A stretch of DNA of 64,000 nucleotides from an uncultured Candidatus Saccharibacteria bacterium. Its GTDB lineage: Bacteria; Patescibacteriota; Minisyncoccia; Phycocordibacterales; UBA2100. A program made the position numbers and the translations under genes. The notes beneath the pieces were generated by a model. It searched no databases, was not told the origin of the DNA, and saw nothing but the letters and a program-made list of their open reading frames with translations. Each line of letters begins with the position of its first letter. The first letter of the stretch is position 1. Where the stretch lies: NCBI GenBank assembly GCA_964399865.1, contig CAYNRJ010000001.1, positions 67,727 to 131,726 of the forward strand, in the 5' to 3' direction. Shown in pieces: positions 16,998 to 28,900 of this stretch.

Positions 16998-19016
16998 ATG
17001 AGTGGTTTCAAGCTGGTGAGCGACTATAAACCGGCAGGCGATCAGCCTGTCGCTATAGACACACTCGTGAAGGGTTTAAAAGCCGGAAAGCGCGACCAAA
17101 CCCTTCTTGGGGTCACAGGTTCAGGAAAGACTTTTACGATGGCAAATGTCATTGCAAAATGGGGGAAACCAACGCTTGTCATCGCGCATAACAAAACACT
17201 CGCAGCGCAACTCGCAGCAGAGTATCGTGAATTTTTTCCGGATCACGCAGTACACTATTTCGTCTCCTACTACGACTTCTATCAGCCAGAGGCGTATATG
17301 CCCGTTTCCGACACATACATAGAGAAGGAAGCGCAGATTAACGAAGATATCGAACGACTTCGACACGCATCCGCTCAAGCGCTCCTCACCCGCAAAGATG
17401 TCATCGTTGTTGCGTCGGTGTCCTGCATCTATGGTCTTGGAAGCCCGACAGAATACGAAAAATATATTCTCAAGTTAGAGAAGAACGAGAAATATACTCG
17501 GGCAACACTCACTCGCAAACTTACATCGATGTATTTCGAACGAACCACAGCCGACCTCTCTCCGGGGACATTTCGCGCGCTCGGGAGCCGAGTTGAAATA
17601 ATGCCCGCGAGCGAACGCGTGCTCTACCGACTTGATCTCACGGGCGGTGAGATAGCGAAAATAGAAATTCTCGATCCAATCACTCGCGTTATTACAGGAG
17701 AACAGGATTCGGTGCTCATCTTTCCAGCACGTCATTACGTGACCCCTAAAGATGTCGTTGAGGCGGCGGTTAAAGATATCGAAGCAGAACTGAAGGAGCA
17801 GCTGAAGAAGTTTGATGCCGAAGGGAAAATCCTGGAAGCTGAGAGATTAAAACGTCGAACGAGGCAGGACATCGCAATGATCCGTGAATTCGGGTACTGC
17901 AATGGTATAGAGAACTACTCTCGTCATTTTGATCGCCGTCAGCCGGGCGAACCCTCATTCACTCTCCTCTCTTATTTTCCCAAAAAGGCGGACGGTTCAC
18001 CGGATTTTCTTACCGTCATAGATGAATCGCACGTCACCGTGCCTCAGATAGGCGCAATGTACGCGGGAGATCGTGCACGAAAACTTACTCTTATTGAGCA
18101 TGGATTCCGCTTACCGAGCGCCGTCGATAATCGCCCGCTCAAATTTGACGAATTTCTAAAAAGTACCGCTGAGACTATATATACTTCTGCTACTCCGGCT
18201 GAGTATGAACTAGCCAAAAGTGGTACCCCTGCGTCTCAGATCATTCGTCCAACAGGTTTGGTTGATCCAGAGATTATCGTACGCCCTATCGTTAGCTCGG
18301 GTGAATATCAAGGTCAGGTGAAAGATTTTATTGCGGAGGCCGAGGCTGTGACCAAGAAAGGCGCCCGATCGATAGTCACTGTTCTCACAAAGAAAATGGC
18401 AGAGGATCTTTCGCAATTTCTTGTGGAGAAGGGAATTAAATCTCGCTACGTGCACAGCGATATTCTTACAATTGAGCGTATTGAAATTCTTACCGATTTT
18501 CGAAAGGGAAAATTCGACGTGCTTGTCGGAGTGAACCTCCTGCGCGAAGGACTCGACCTTCCAGAAGTCGAATTCATTGGTATCCTCGACGCAGACAAGG
18601 AGGGATTCCTCAGAAGTGATACATCTCTCATACAGACGATAGGTCGCGCGGCTCGAAACGTGAACGGCCGGGTCATTCTATATGCCGATCGCATGACAGG
18701 TTCGATGGAGCGAGCGATCGGAGAGACAAATCGTCGCCGAGAGATCCAGATCGCCTATAACAAGAAGAACAAGATCACACCGAAGACAATTGAGAAACGC
18801 ATTCACGACATCGTGGGAGATATTGAACGTACACGAAAACGAGCGATCGATGAGCTTACGCAAATAGACATGTCAGCATTCGGTGGGGACAAAAAGAAAC
18901 TCATCAAGGAGAAACGTCGCCAGATGCATGAAGCAGCCGATAGACTCGATTTCGAGACAGCAGCGCTTATTCGTGATGAAGTGAGAAAACTGGAAGAAGC
19001 GAAAAATAAATCATGA
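16998..19016 (+). CDS. uvrB: Excinuclease ABC subunit B
   Basis: GVTGSGKT, YYDFYQPEAY, DESH, QTIGRAARN, C-terminal UVR domain. Confidence 0.99.
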   Translation: MSGFKLVSDYKPAGDQPVAIDTLVKGLKAGKRDQTLLGVTGSGKTFTMANVIAKWGKPTLVIAHNKTLAAQLAAEYREFFPDHAVHYFVSYYDFYQPEAYMPVSDTYIEKEAQINEDIERLRHASAQALLTRKDVIVVASVSCIYGLGSPTEYEKYILKLEKNEKYTRATLTRKLTSMYFERTTADLSPGTFRALGSRVEIMPASERVLYRLDLTGGEIAKIEILDPITRVITGEQDSVLIFPARHYVTPKDVVEAAVKDIEAELKEQLKKFDAEGKILEAERLKRRTRQDIAMIREFGYCNGIENYSRHFDRRQPGEPSFTLLSYFPKKADGSPDFLTVIDESHVTVPQIGAMYAGDRARKLTLIEHGFRLPSAVDNRPLKFDEFLKSTAETIYTSATPAEYELAKSGTPASQIIRPTGLVDPEIIVRPIVSSGEYQGQVKDFIAEAEAVTKKGARSIVTVLTKKMAEDLSQFLVEKGIKSRYVHSDILTIERIEILTDFRKGKFDVLVGVNLLREGLDLPEVEFIGILDADKEGFLRSDTSLIQTIGRAARNVNGRVILYADRMTGSMERAIGETNRRREIQIAYNKKNKITPKTIEKRIHDIVGDIERTRKRAIDELTQIDMSAFGGDKKKLIKEKRRQMHEAADRLDFETAALIRDEVRKLEEAKNKS

Positions 19017-19939
19017 TCAACGTACAAGAAAATGTACCGCTTTCGCCTCTCACCACATTTGAAATTGGTGGCGCAGCTAAATATTTTGCCGAAATTCGAA
19101 ATGAAGCGGAATTACGAGAGGCAGCTACATGGGCTAATGAGCGAGGCGTTTCCCTCGTTGTTATTTCAGGAGGAAGTAATGTACTTATTCCGGATAATGG
19201 CCTTGATGCATTGGTTATTCAAATTGTGGGAGATGAGCTATCGATTAGCGGCATGACGCTCGATGTTCATCCAGGGCATAATCTTCTCGCTCTAATTCGA
19301 CTCGCGGGAGAGAAGGGGCTCGGAGGATGGGAAAAGCTTGCGGGTATTCCTGGAACTTTGGGAGGAGCGGTCCGTGGGAATGCAGGAGCATTCGGACCTG
19401 AAATAAAGGATTTTGTAGCGTCTGTTCGCGCAATCAATATTGAATCTGGAGAGATCAAGGATTTTGAGAATACTGCATGCGATTTTTCATATCGGCACAG
19501 TTATTTTAAAGATAATCCAGAGTGGGTGATACTTCACGTTCGACTTACCCTCATGCCCATCGATCCTTCTTTGAACAAGAAACTTGTCGAGGAGACGATT
19601 GCAGAGCGTGAAAAACGACATCTCCAGAACGTGCGCGCTGCCGGTTCTTACTTTATGAATCCCGTTGCTCCTCAAAACATCATAGATATGTTCGAAAGGG
19701 AAAAGCAGGTCAAATCTCGAGGGGGGCGTGTGCCCGCAGGATGGCTGATTGAAAAGGCTGGTATGAAGGGAGCTAAGGTAGGGAATGCCATCGCTTCACT
19801 CCAGCACCCGAACTATATCGTGAACCAAGGTGAAGCTACCGCGAAAGATGTACGCGAACTCGCTGAAAAAGTGAAGGATGCCGTAAAAAAAGGATTCGGA
19901 GTACGGCTCACTGAAGAAGCGGCAATTCTTGGCGACTAA
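19013..19939 (+). CDS. murB: UDP-N-acetylmuramate dehydrogenase
   Basis: GGSNVL, GIPGTLGGAVRGNAGAFG, FSYRHS, AGSYFMNP, HPNYIVN. Confidence 0.97.
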   Translation: MINVQENVPLSPLTTFEIGGAAKYFAEIRNEAELREAATWANERGVSLVVISGGSNVLIPDNGLDALVIQIVGDELSISGMTLDVHPGHNLLALIRLAGEKGLGGWEKLAGIPGTLGGAVRGNAGAFGPEIKDFVASVRAINIESGEIKDFENTACDFSYRHSYFKDNPEWVILHVRLTLMPIDPSLNKKLVEETIAEREKRHLQNVRAAGSYFMNPVAPQNIIDMFEREKQVKSRGGRVPAGWLIEKAGMKGAKVGNAIASLQHPNYIVNQGEATAKDVRELAEKVKDAVKKGFGVRLTEEAAILGD

Positions 19940-20240
19940 GACGGGGGTTGTGTGAAGAGTAGAGTGCCTTTTGGAGAAATATTATCGCTACGGCGGTCTT
20001 AGGAGCGACGCCGGCATTCTCCAAAATAGCTAGAAGACGGTCGTTCGGCTCACTTCGTCCAAACGCTGCTTCGAGCTCTCCGAGTGCCGCGGCTAGTCGC
20101 TCCTCAGGATCGCTGTTTGGATCAGTAGCACGCAGCTGCTCCGCTGCGTCTTTCTTGCAGACGTTCAGCTGTTCTAACAACTCACTCATCTCTTCGACGG
20201 AGTATTCCTTAGAAGGTTGACTCTGTATGAATTCCTTCAT
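19908..20240 (-). CDS. Hypothetical protein
   Basis: Helical ORF; ATG at 20240 lies 6 nt after TACAAT; overlaps the murB 3' end. Confidence 0.5.
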   Translation of the reverse strand: MKEFIQSQPSKEYSVEEMSELLEQLNVCKKDAAEQLRATDPNSDPEERLAAALGELEAAFGRSEPNDRLLAILENAGVAPKTAVAIIFLQKALYSSHNPRLSRQELPLLQ

Positions 20241-20274
20241 GTGCTCATTGTATCCCATTTGGTACAATGGAAAT

Positions 20275-20865
20275 ATGACATTTGAACCGTACGCAGCACG
20301 AACCCACGAGAAGATGAAGGAAGTCCTGATGGACCCGAGTGCCTCCGGTCCTGCTATTCACTATTACATGATCCGAGGGGGATCGAAGAAACGGAATATT
20401 ACGGTTTGGGAAAGTGGAACCGTGGGAAGCGAATACATAAAAACATATGGTCATTATCACGTCGGAAATAATCTGCCGGAAATATACTGGATTCTCGCAG
20501 GGGAAGGAGCAGTAATCCTCCAAAAACTTGTTCAAGAAAACGGCGCCATGCAAGCTGATCGAGTTGCGGATTTTAAGGTTGTCCCTGTTAAAAGTGGGGA
20601 CAAGGTGGAAATACCGGGCGATTATGGCCATCTGGCGCTCAATTGGGGTAAACAATGGTTTGTGACTGAAGACGATTCTCCTGTCGCGACAGGCGGCGAT
20701 TCCGCATCTATGCCGGTCCATGCCAATTACGAACTCGTCAAGCAAATGCAAGGATTTGCATATTATGCTGTTGAAAAAGACGGCAAGCCCGCGCTTGTAA
20801 GAAATCCTAAATATAAAGAAATACAAAAAGAGGACCTCGGAGGATTACAGGTCATAAGTGTATGA
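20275..20865 (+). CDS. Cupin-type (archaeal-like) glucose-6-phosphate isomerase family protein
   Basis: EYIKTYGHYH...EIYWILAGEG...IPGDYGH cupin motifs typical of the cupin PGI family. Confidence 0.8.
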   Translation: MTFEPYAARTHEKMKEVLMDPSASGPAIHYYMIRGGSKKRNITVWESGTVGSEYIKTYGHYHVGNNLPEIYWILAGEGAVILQKLVQENGAMQADRVADFKVVPVKSGDKVEIPGDYGHLALNWGKQWFVTEDDSPVATGGDSASMPVHANYELVKQMQGFAYYAVEKDGKPALVRNPKYKEIQKEDLGGLQVISV

Positions 20866-20889
20866 AATATTTGTAGTAGAATAGTCCGA

Positions 20890-22200
20890 ATGACTCGCTC
20901 AAAAATATTTTGGATTGTTGCACTTTTCATTCTGATTGGAGGAAGTGGCGTCGGAGGTTACGCATATTCCACGTATCCGTCCGAAAATAGTTCTCCCACC
21001 TACCTCACTCCGGAAGAGGAGGACATATACGTGCGATTTGGAATGGAGGTGTTCGATAAGGTGAATGCTAATTATTGGGAAAAGCTTGATGAGGCGCAAT
21101 TCTCTGAATTATTCCGCGCTGCGACCGAAAAGGCTGTAAACGCTCCAATTTCTCTAGCGACATCTACCCGTGCAGGAGTGGCGTCGATGCTCGCTGCAGC
21201 CGTAAACGCTCAAACTTCAACTTCGACGAAGGCAGAATTGATCAAGAATGTCTCAATTGTAGTCCTCGCGAATCTTCCTCCAGCTGGTCGCCTAGGTCTT
21301 ATGTCACAGAAGCAGGAGACTGAGCTTCGTCAGAACGTGAGCAATATAAATCCAGAGAAGGATCTGTACGCAGACCTCGGTCTCACAAAAGGTGCCTCAG
21401 TAGCTGCTGTTACGGCTGCGTTTGAGGAAAAAGTGGAGACGCTGGCGGATGCAACAACCACGGAAGCTAAAGCGGAATTGGCAAAAGCAGAATACGCGCA
21501 CGAAGTTCTCACAAAGGAGAGTAGTAAGACCCTCTACGATGGTGCTGGAATAGAACCTACGCTATATACGCGCAAATTTGGAAAGACTTTGTACATGAAC
21601 CTAACGAAAATTTCGCCAACAACTTTCCAGGAATTTGGGTTAGCGATAGATGCAGCATCAACGACTCCGGGAATGGATAGTCTCATCTTGGACGTCCGAG
21701 GGAATGTTGGCGGCTCCCTTGATTTCGCCCAGGCGTTCCTCGGTTTATTTATTGGTCAGAATCAATATGCGTTCGACCTGTATCATCAGGGTGATTTTGA
21801 TGTGATGCGTACAACTTTCGGAAACTATCCGCTTTTGGAGAGATACAAGGAAATCGCCATTCTCACAGACAACATGACGCAGTCGACGGCAGAAGTAATG
21901 ACCGCTTCGCTTAAACGAATGAATCTTGCCCACGTTGTCGGAGGGACAACGAGGGGGTGGGGAACTGTCGAGAACACGTTCCCAATCGATACTATGCTCA
22001 CCCCTGATGAAAAGTTCGTTCTATTCCTTGTCCATTCCATAACGCTCCGTGAAGATAATCAGCCGATAGAGGGAAGAGGCATCACTCCTGATGTAGATAT
22101 TGCAAATCCGCTCTGGAAACAAAAGTTAACTGAATACTTTAAATCACCAAATCTAATTCAAGCTCTCAAAGAGACTGCTGCAGGCGCTCCTTTGCACTAA
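20890..22200 (+). CDS. Membrane-anchored S41-family peptidase with J-domain-like insert
   Basis: N-terminal TM; LILDVRGNVGG, TQSTAEV, IEGRGITPDV S41 motifs; DLYADLGL...AHEVLT...LYD insert. Confidence 0.8.
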   Translation: MTRSKIFWIVALFILIGGSGVGGYAYSTYPSENSSPTYLTPEEEDIYVRFGMEVFDKVNANYWEKLDEAQFSELFRAATEKAVNAPISLATSTRAGVASMLAAAVNAQTSTSTKAELIKNVSIVVLANLPPAGRLGLMSQKQETELRQNVSNINPEKDLYADLGLTKGASVAAVTAAFEEKVETLADATTTEAKAELAKAEYAHEVLTKESSKTLYDGAGIEPTLYTRKFGKTLYMNLTKISPTTFQEFGLAIDAASTTPGMDSLILDVRGNVGGSLDFAQAFLGLFIGQNQYAFDLYHQGDFDVMRTTFGNYPLLERYKEIAILTDNMTQSTAEVMTASLKRMNLAHVVGGTTRGWGTVENTFPIDTMLTPDEKFVLFLVHSITLREDNQPIEGRGITPDVDIANPLWKQKLTEYFKSPNLIQALKETAAGAPLH

Positions 22201-22285
22201 ATTTCTCCGGGAAAGCCCACTCGCACTCTGAGATATTTTATGTAACTATTTCGGCGGGTTCGTTGTGAACCTGGAGGACTGAAGT

Positions 22286-22621
22286 ATGCGGGTCGCTGTT
22301 ATTGACGGTGACGAGGGTGTACGTGAGGAATTTCGTGTAGCTCTTGCTCCTCATGGGGAGTACGATGTGCGGACGTTCGAGACCCCCGAGGTGGCGATCG
22401 AGCACATCAGGAGGATTCCCTACGACGTCCTTATTGTCGGTGAAGTAGGTCTGTTTCTTACCCTGGCACCAAACGCTTGTTTCGACGAGCTGATCCTGGT
22501 TCTCGGTAACGATCGCGACTTGCGTCGCCTTCTGCCTGATCTGCACACACGGATCTCCATACTGGCTGATGCACGCCATACTCTTGGCGCGTATCGTTGG
22601 TATAGAGGGACTCATCCCTAG
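22286..22621 (+). CDS. Receiver-domain-like (CheY fold) orphan protein
   Basis: MRVAVIDGDEGVR...AIEHIRRIPYDVLIVG; SD GGAGG upstream; hairpin downstream. Confidence 0.6.
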   Translation: MRVAVIDGDEGVREEFRVALAPHGEYDVRTFETPEVAIEHIRRIPYDVLIVGEVGLFLTLAPNACFDELILVLGNDRDLRRLLPDLHTRISILADARHTLGAYRWYRGTHP

Positions 22622-22745
22622 GCTCGTCCGCTCTGGTGGCTCCGGGAGAACTACTCCCGGGGCCTCCGAATTTCCATTGAGATTTTGTACTGTGGTATAG
22701 TGCTCATACCTAACCCCTATCTCCAGATGGGGGCGGATTTACGTT

Positions 22746-25424
22746 ATGTCAGAATCAAAAAATAGCGGGAAAGACACAAATTCTTCCGTAGGAGCGGATA
22801 AAATCGTCATAAAAGGTGCACGAACTCACAACTTGAAGAACGTGAGTGTTGAAATTCCACGCAACAAAATGGTGGTGTTTACAGGCCTCTCTGGAAGCGG
22901 CAAATCGTCACTCGCGTTCGATACGATATTTGCGGAAGGTCAGCGCAAGTATGTTGAATCTCTTTCCGCGTACGCACGACAATTCTTAAGACAGATGCAG
23001 AAACCTGATGTTGATGAAATTACAGGACTCTCGCCGGCTATTTCCATCGACCAAAAATCTCGTTCCAACAACCCTCGTTCGACGGTCGCAACAATTACCG
23101 AGATTTATGACTACCTTCGCGTGCTGTATGCACGTATTGGAAAGGCACACTGTCTCGAATGTGGTCGAGAAGTACGGAAGCTTTCGAATGAAGAAATATT
23201 GGAGACTGTCTTTGGAATGGTGGAGGAGGCTCGCAAACAGAAAAAGGAAATTTCTCCAAAAGCGAAACTCACAAAAGGGGTTTCTGCAGACAGGATTCGT
23301 ATAAGCTCGCCCGTTGTTGTGGGAAGAAAGGGTGAATACTATCAATTACTTTACGACCTTTTGAATAAAGGGTACGAAAAAGTCATTATCGATGGTGAGG
23401 AGAAGTCTCTACGTACTCGTATTGAGCTTAAAAAGCATTTTAAACACAATATCGACGTGGTCGTGGATGAGATCTTCGTTTCGGAGTTTACTGATGATCT
23501 AAAGGGAACGCGTGAGCGTGCAGCTGAGGCTATTGAAAAGGCTCTGTCGGAATCCGATGGACTTGCCCGTATCACAGATCCAAATGGAGGCGAAAAAGTT
23601 GTATCTGCCAAATTTATGTGTCCGTATGACGGTTTCTCGTTCCCAGAAGTAGAGCCACGTCTTTTCTCGTTTAATTCACCGTACGGTGCGTGTCCTGAAT
23701 GTAAAGGTCTTGGTACCAAATATTTCTTTGGTGATGAGCCATGTGATGTGTGCAAAGGTGCACGACTCCGACCTGAGGCGCTCAACGTCTTTATCGGCAA
23801 GAAATACGAGCCTGAAGAAGGAAGAGATAAAAACAAAACGACTAATATCGTTGAACTTGCCGCCCTTTCGATTCAGGACGCGAAGGATTTCTTCGACGGA
23901 CTTAAGCTCACGAAAAAGGAGGAAGATATTTCTCGCGTTGTGATTAAAGAGATCATGAGCCGCCTTCAGTTCATGCTGAACGTCGGTATCGAATATTTAA
24001 CGCTTGATCGAAAGGCGAACACGCTTTCTGGAGGCGAAGCACAGCGTATTCGCCTTGCGTCTCAGCTCGGCAGCGGGCTTGTAGGTGCTCTGTATGTACT
24101 AGATGAACCAACAATTGGACTTCACCAAAGGGACAATGATCGTCTCATTAACACGCTCAAGCACCTGCGCGACCTCGGAAACACTGTTCTCGTTGTTGAG
24201 CACGATGAAGATACAATTTACGCGTCAGATTATATTGTCGATATTGGTCCTGGGGCCGGCGTACACGGAGGAAACATTGTCGCATCTGGTTGGCTCGATG
24301 AACTCCTCACTGCAAAGACAAATAAATCAGGCTCACGCACGCTCTCATATCTGCGCGAAGAATCCGCAATAGAATTACCCGAGCAAAGGAGAACCGCGGA
24401 CCGTGGGAAGCTGAAAATTCGTGGTGCATCAAAGTTCAATCTTGAGAATGTGAACGCGGACATTCCCCTCGCGAAACTCGTTCTCATTACGGGTGTTTCC
24501 GGTTCTGGGAAATCAACATTCCTCTATGAAATATTGCACCGAAACCTCCTCGCAAAATTCGATAAACGCTATCGGACGGCCAAAATATACAATGTGAAGG
24601 AATTTAGCGGCACAGACTACCTTGGGCGCTCAATATTGATTGATCAGTCTCCGATAGGAAGAACGCCACGATCGAACCCCGCGACCTATACAGGGGCTTG
24701 GACGCATATACGCGACCTCTTTGCCATGTCAGAGGAGTCAAAGACGCGTGGATGGGGGCCGGGACGCTTCTCGTTCAACGTAAAAGGAGGACGATGCGAA
24801 GCATGCCAAGGGAACGGTCTTGTCGCTGTTGAAATGCACTTCTTGCCGACTGTGTACGTGACCTGCGACGTGTGTATGGGAAAGCGATTCATGAAAGAAA
24901 CACTTGAAGTTAAATACAAGAAAAAAAGCATTCATGATGTGCTCTCAATGACCGTTGAGGAGGCACTTAAATTCTTCGAAGATATTCCTGCGATTTCTGA
25001 TCGTTTGCAAACTCTTTCAGATGTCGGTCTTGAGTATCTCGAGCTTGGCCAAAGCGCAACAACTCTCTCAGGTGGAGAAGCGCAGCGTGTGAAAATCGCA
25101 TCTGAGCTCTACCGTCCTCTTCAAACAAAGACGATGTACCTTCTAGATGAGCCAACAGTAGGACTCCACTATGACGATGTCGCTAAATTGATTTCTATTC
25201 TTCAGAAGCTAGTCGAGAGAGGGAATTCGGTCGTCGTAATCGAACACAATCTCGACATGCTGAAATGCGCTGATTACATTCTTGACCTTGGTCCTGAAGG
25301 TGGTGGAGGAGGAGGTAAGATCGTAGCTAAAGGAACTCCAGAAGAAGTTGCAAATACGGATGGCTCACACACGGGGTATTACCTAAAGAAGGTACTCAAA
25401 AAGCATAAAAATCATAAGAATTGA
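22746..25424 (+). CDS. uvrA: Excinuclease ABC subunit A
   Basis: Two Walker A motifs ([16 protein letters not shown]), LSGGEAQR x2, Zn fingers. Confidence 0.99.
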   Translation: MSESKNSGKDTNSSVGADKIVIKGARTHNLKNVSVEIPRNKMVVFTGLSGSGKSSLAFDTIFAEGQRKYVESLSAYARQFLRQMQKPDVDEITGLSPAISIDQKSRSNNPRSTVATITEIYDYLRVLYARIGKAHCLECGREVRKLSNEEILETVFGMVEEARKQKKEISPKAKLTKGVSADRIRISSPVVVGRKGEYYQLLYDLLNKGYEKVIIDGEEKSLRTRIELKKHFKHNIDVVVDEIFVSEFTDDLKGTRERAAEAIEKALSESDGLARITDPNGGEKVVSAKFMCPYDGFSFPEVEPRLFSFNSPYGACPECKGLGTKYFFGDEPCDVCKGARLRPEALNVFIGKKYEPEEGRDKNKTTNIVELAALSIQDAKDFFDGLKLTKKEEDISRVVIKEIMSRLQFMLNVGIEYLTLDRKANTLSGGEAQRIRLASQLGSGLVGALYVLDEPTIGLHQRDNDRLINTLKHLRDLGNTVLVVEHDEDTIYASDYIVDIGPGAGVHGGNIVASGWLDELLTAKTNKSGSRTLSYLREESAIELPEQRRTADRGKLKIRGASKFNLENVNADIPLAKLVLITGVSGSGKSTFLYEILHRNLLAKFDKRYRTAKIYNVKEFSGTDYLGRSILIDQSPIGRTPRSNPATYTGAWTHIRDLFAMSEESKTRGWGPGRFSFNVKGGRCEACQGNGLVAVEMHFLPTVYVTCDVCMGKRFMKETLEVKYKKKSIHDVLSMTVEEALKFFEDIPAISDRLQTLSDVGLEYLELGQSATTLSGGEAQRVKIASELYRPLQTKTMYLLDEPTVGLHYDDVAKLISILQKLVERGNSVVVIEHNLDMLKCADYILDLGPEGGGGGGKIVAKGTPEEVANTDGSHTGYYLKKVLKKHKNHKN

Positions 25425-25503
25425 CCCCTCTGCGTGAATGATGTGCGACATCGTGTTATAGTCTTGCCCGGGTCGGATCAGACCTTAGACAAACGACACG
25501 AGA

Positions 25504-25848
25504 GTGTCGTTTTTGCGGCAACAACGAGGGAACGGAATAGTGACTCAACCTAAGATAATTCCGATGAGCCACGTGGATAGGCTCAGGAAGAGGCTGGGAG
25601 GACGGAGGCTCACCTTCGTCCGAGGGGATCTCATCAGGCACGGACATGTCCGTGAAGTTGAGATACGGCATGACGGCAAACTCGTCGTACGCTGTTCGTG
25701 GACCGATCCGTCTCCCGACGGAAGCGTCCACGATGAACTCGTGACAACAACTGGGCACAAAGATCCGGTCGAGGATGCAGAGGGGACAATCACAATACCC
25801 TTTCATCCCCATGGCGAGCTCCGGCTTATTCCTGCGGCCAGACTCTAG
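25504..25848 (+). CDS. Hypothetical orphan protein (start uncertain: 25504, 25539 or 25564)
   Basis: GC-richer ORF between uvrA and carB, beta-rich, followed by a hairpin. Confidence 0.45.
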   Translation: MSFLRQQRGNGIVTQPKIIPMSHVDRLRKRLGGRRLTFVRGDLIRHGHVREVEIRHDGKLVVRCSWTDPSPDGSVHDELVTTTGHKDPVEDAEGTITIPFHPHGELRLIPAARL

Positions 25849-25911
25849 GGCCTTGATCACCGGCTAGATAGACGTAGCGCAGCGCTCGTTGAACTAGTCG
25901 ATCGCAACTAC

Positions 25912-25946
25912 TCCGGGCGCCACGCGTGCCCGGAGTTGATTTTTTT
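25912..25946. terminator. Terminator-like hairpin between convergent genes
   Basis: ACTCCGGGCG..TGCCCGGAGT stem followed by a T-tract. Confidence 0.6.
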
Positions 25947-28900
25947 ATACGCCTCGATACTCACTCCAGGTTTTCGCTATCATTCCACCTGCTTTAAGTT
26001 CGTGTAGAGCTGTAATGAAGCCCTCAGCTAATTGGCGGTTCGATATGAGTGGAATATTCATGTCTATTGCCTTACGACGGATCACAAAGCCATCGGTATT
26101 TTCTTGTCCAAATGCGTGTGTAGGGATGTTAATTATGAGATCCACTTTTCCATTCTCGATGAGAGATTGAACCCCCGGCTCCTTATTGGTACTTATCTTG
26201 TAGACTTTTTCGCATGGAATATTGTTCCCCTGCAGAAAATCTGCAGTTGTTTCGGTTGCCCACAAATCGAATCCCATTTCTTTAAGTAGATGCATCGACG
26301 GGAGAAGCTTCAATTTGTTCTCCTCCTTTCCGAGGGACACGAGAATGTTCTTCTTTGGAAGCCTGAAGCCAGCCGCCATCATTGATTTGATCAGCGCCTC
26401 GCCGTATGAGTCGCCAAAGCATGCTACTTCACCCGTAGAGGCCATTTCGACGAACGAGCGAGGGTCTACGCCCTTAATGCGGCTGTATGAGAACTGTGGA
26501 GATTTTACTGCCACATAATCGAGCTCAAGTGTTTGATAGTGCTGTTTATTCTTTTCGCCGAGCATTGCGCGTACCGCGATGTCTATGAAATTGTGTCCCG
26601 TTACCTTGGACACGAATGGGAATGAGCGTGAAGAGCGCACATTACATTCGATCACTTGGAGATGGTTATCCTTTGCGATGAACTGGATATTGAATGGCCC
26701 CGTGATCTTTAGTTCCTTGATGACGTCCTTTGTGATGTGCTTGGCACGGCGAATCGTCTCAAGGTACGTGCGCTGCGGTGGGAGAACGACCGTAGCATCA
26801 CCTGAATGCGTGCCTGCGTTCTCAACGTGCTCTGTTATTGCGTATATGACTAGCTTTCCATTCTGCGCTACGCCGTCAATCTCAATCTCGCGCGCATTCT
26901 CAATGAATTTCGATATGACAACAGGGTGGTCGGGGGAGACATCGGTCGCTTTTTTCAGGAATTTGAGAAGCGACTCTTCGTCAAGCGCGACTTTCATCGC
27001 CGATCCTGAGAGCACGTACGAAGGCCGGATGAGAACTGGATATCCAAACCCTGCAGCAGTTTTTGCGGCCTCGTCCATTGTCTTTAGTTCTGCCCACATT
27101 GGCTGATCGACGCCCAGTTTGTCGAGGAGCTTTGAGAATGTATGTCTATCCTCAGCGCGATCTATATCCCGCGGATCAGTTCCAAGAATTTTTGCACCAT
27201 TTTTCTTAAGTGGAAGCGCGAGGTTATTTGGGATTTGACCACCGGTCGAGACAACGACGCCCTTTGGTTTTTCGAAATCAATAATGTCGAGTACTCGTTC
27301 GAGCGTAAGTTCCTCAAAGTAGAGACGATCGGACATGTCATAGTCAGTCGATACAGTTTCAGGATTCGAGTTGATCATGATGGTCCTGTAACCAGCTGTA
27401 CCCATTGTCTTAAGGACCTGGACTGAAGACCAATCGAACTCAACTGAAGAGCCAATGCAGTATGGACCGCTTCCAATCACCGCTACGCTTTTATTGTCGC
27501 GTGCTACGTCATTTTCAGTGCCATGATAGGAGAGATAGAGGTAGTTAGTTTGCGCTGGGAATTCACCCGCGAGCGTATCGATCTGTTTTATAACAGGAAG
27601 TACCTTAAGCTTCTTACGTATGGTGCGAATTTTATCTTCAGTTGTGCCGCTAATCGTGGCGAGTTGCTTATCAGAGAAACCATACTGCTTGGCCTGTCGT
27701 ATAAGAGTTGCATCAAATTTTTGAGAGGCCAGTGTCTTCTCGAGCGAAATTATATTTTTCATCTTCTCGAGAAACCATGGGGTGATATGAGACATTCCGT
27801 GGATCTCTTCGACCGATACTCCTGCGCGAAGCGCTTCAGCAAGTGCGAAAATTCGGCGCGGTGTCGGATTTTCTATCTCCTTTCGATAATCCGCCATCCC
27901 AAAGTTGCCGTTTTTCTGTGCCGTAAATCCGTCAGCGCCGATGTTGAGCATGCGGATCGCTTTTTGGAGAACTTCTTCAAATGAACGTCCTATCGCCATC
28001 ACTTCGCCAACGCTCTTCATTTCTGTACCAATAGTTTCGGTAACATTTTCAAATTTCGTAAGGTCCCAACGTGGCATCTTGAGAACAAGGTAATCGAGTG
28101 CCGGCTCGAAGCAGGCGATTGTTGTTTTTGTAACTGAGTTTTTCAATTCTGGCAGCGTATAACCGAGTGCGAGTTTTGCGGCTACGAACGCTAGTGGATA
28201 TCCAGTCGCCTTTGAGGCAAGTGCCGATGATCGTGAGAGTCGAGCATTGACTTCGATCACTCGATAATCGCCCGTTTGAGGATTAAGCGCATATTGAATG
28301 TTGCACTCGCCAACAATGCCGAGGTGACGGATTGTCTTTATTGCCACTTCGCGAAGGCGATGATACTCCTCGTTCGTTAATGTTTGAGAGGGAGCAACGA
28401 CGATAGACTCACCCGTGTGGATTCCCATTGGATCGATGTTTTCCATGTTGCATACCGTGATGCAGTTGTCTGCACGATCACGCACAACTTCGTACTCAAC
28501 TTCTTTCCATCCGCCTAAATATTCCTCCACTAGAACTTGTGACACAGAACGAAAGACCTCGGTAAGCTTCTTTGAAAGAGCCTCTGGATTTCGAACGACG
28601 CCGGATCCTTCTCCGCCAAGTGCGAATCCAGACCGCACCATAACAGGGTAGGAGATCTTCTCGGCCGCCTGCAGCGCTTCTTCAACACTCTTCGTCGCAA
28701 TGCTTCGTGCAGTTTTTACATTGATCTCATTCAATCTATCTACGAACAGTTCGCGATCTTCTGTGTCACGAATCGCGGAGACCGGCGTCCCGAGGACGCG
28801 CGCACTGTACTTCTTAAAAACCCCATTCTTCTCGAGTGCAAGGCCAAGATTCAGTGCTGTTTGTCCGCCGAAAGAGAGCAGGATCGCATCAGGTCGCTCC

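Noticed and set aside
22685-22705. LexA/SOS box upstream of uvrA
   Set aside because: CTGTGGTATAGTGCTC lacks the matching ACAG half-site; better explained as an extended -10 (TGGTATAGT).
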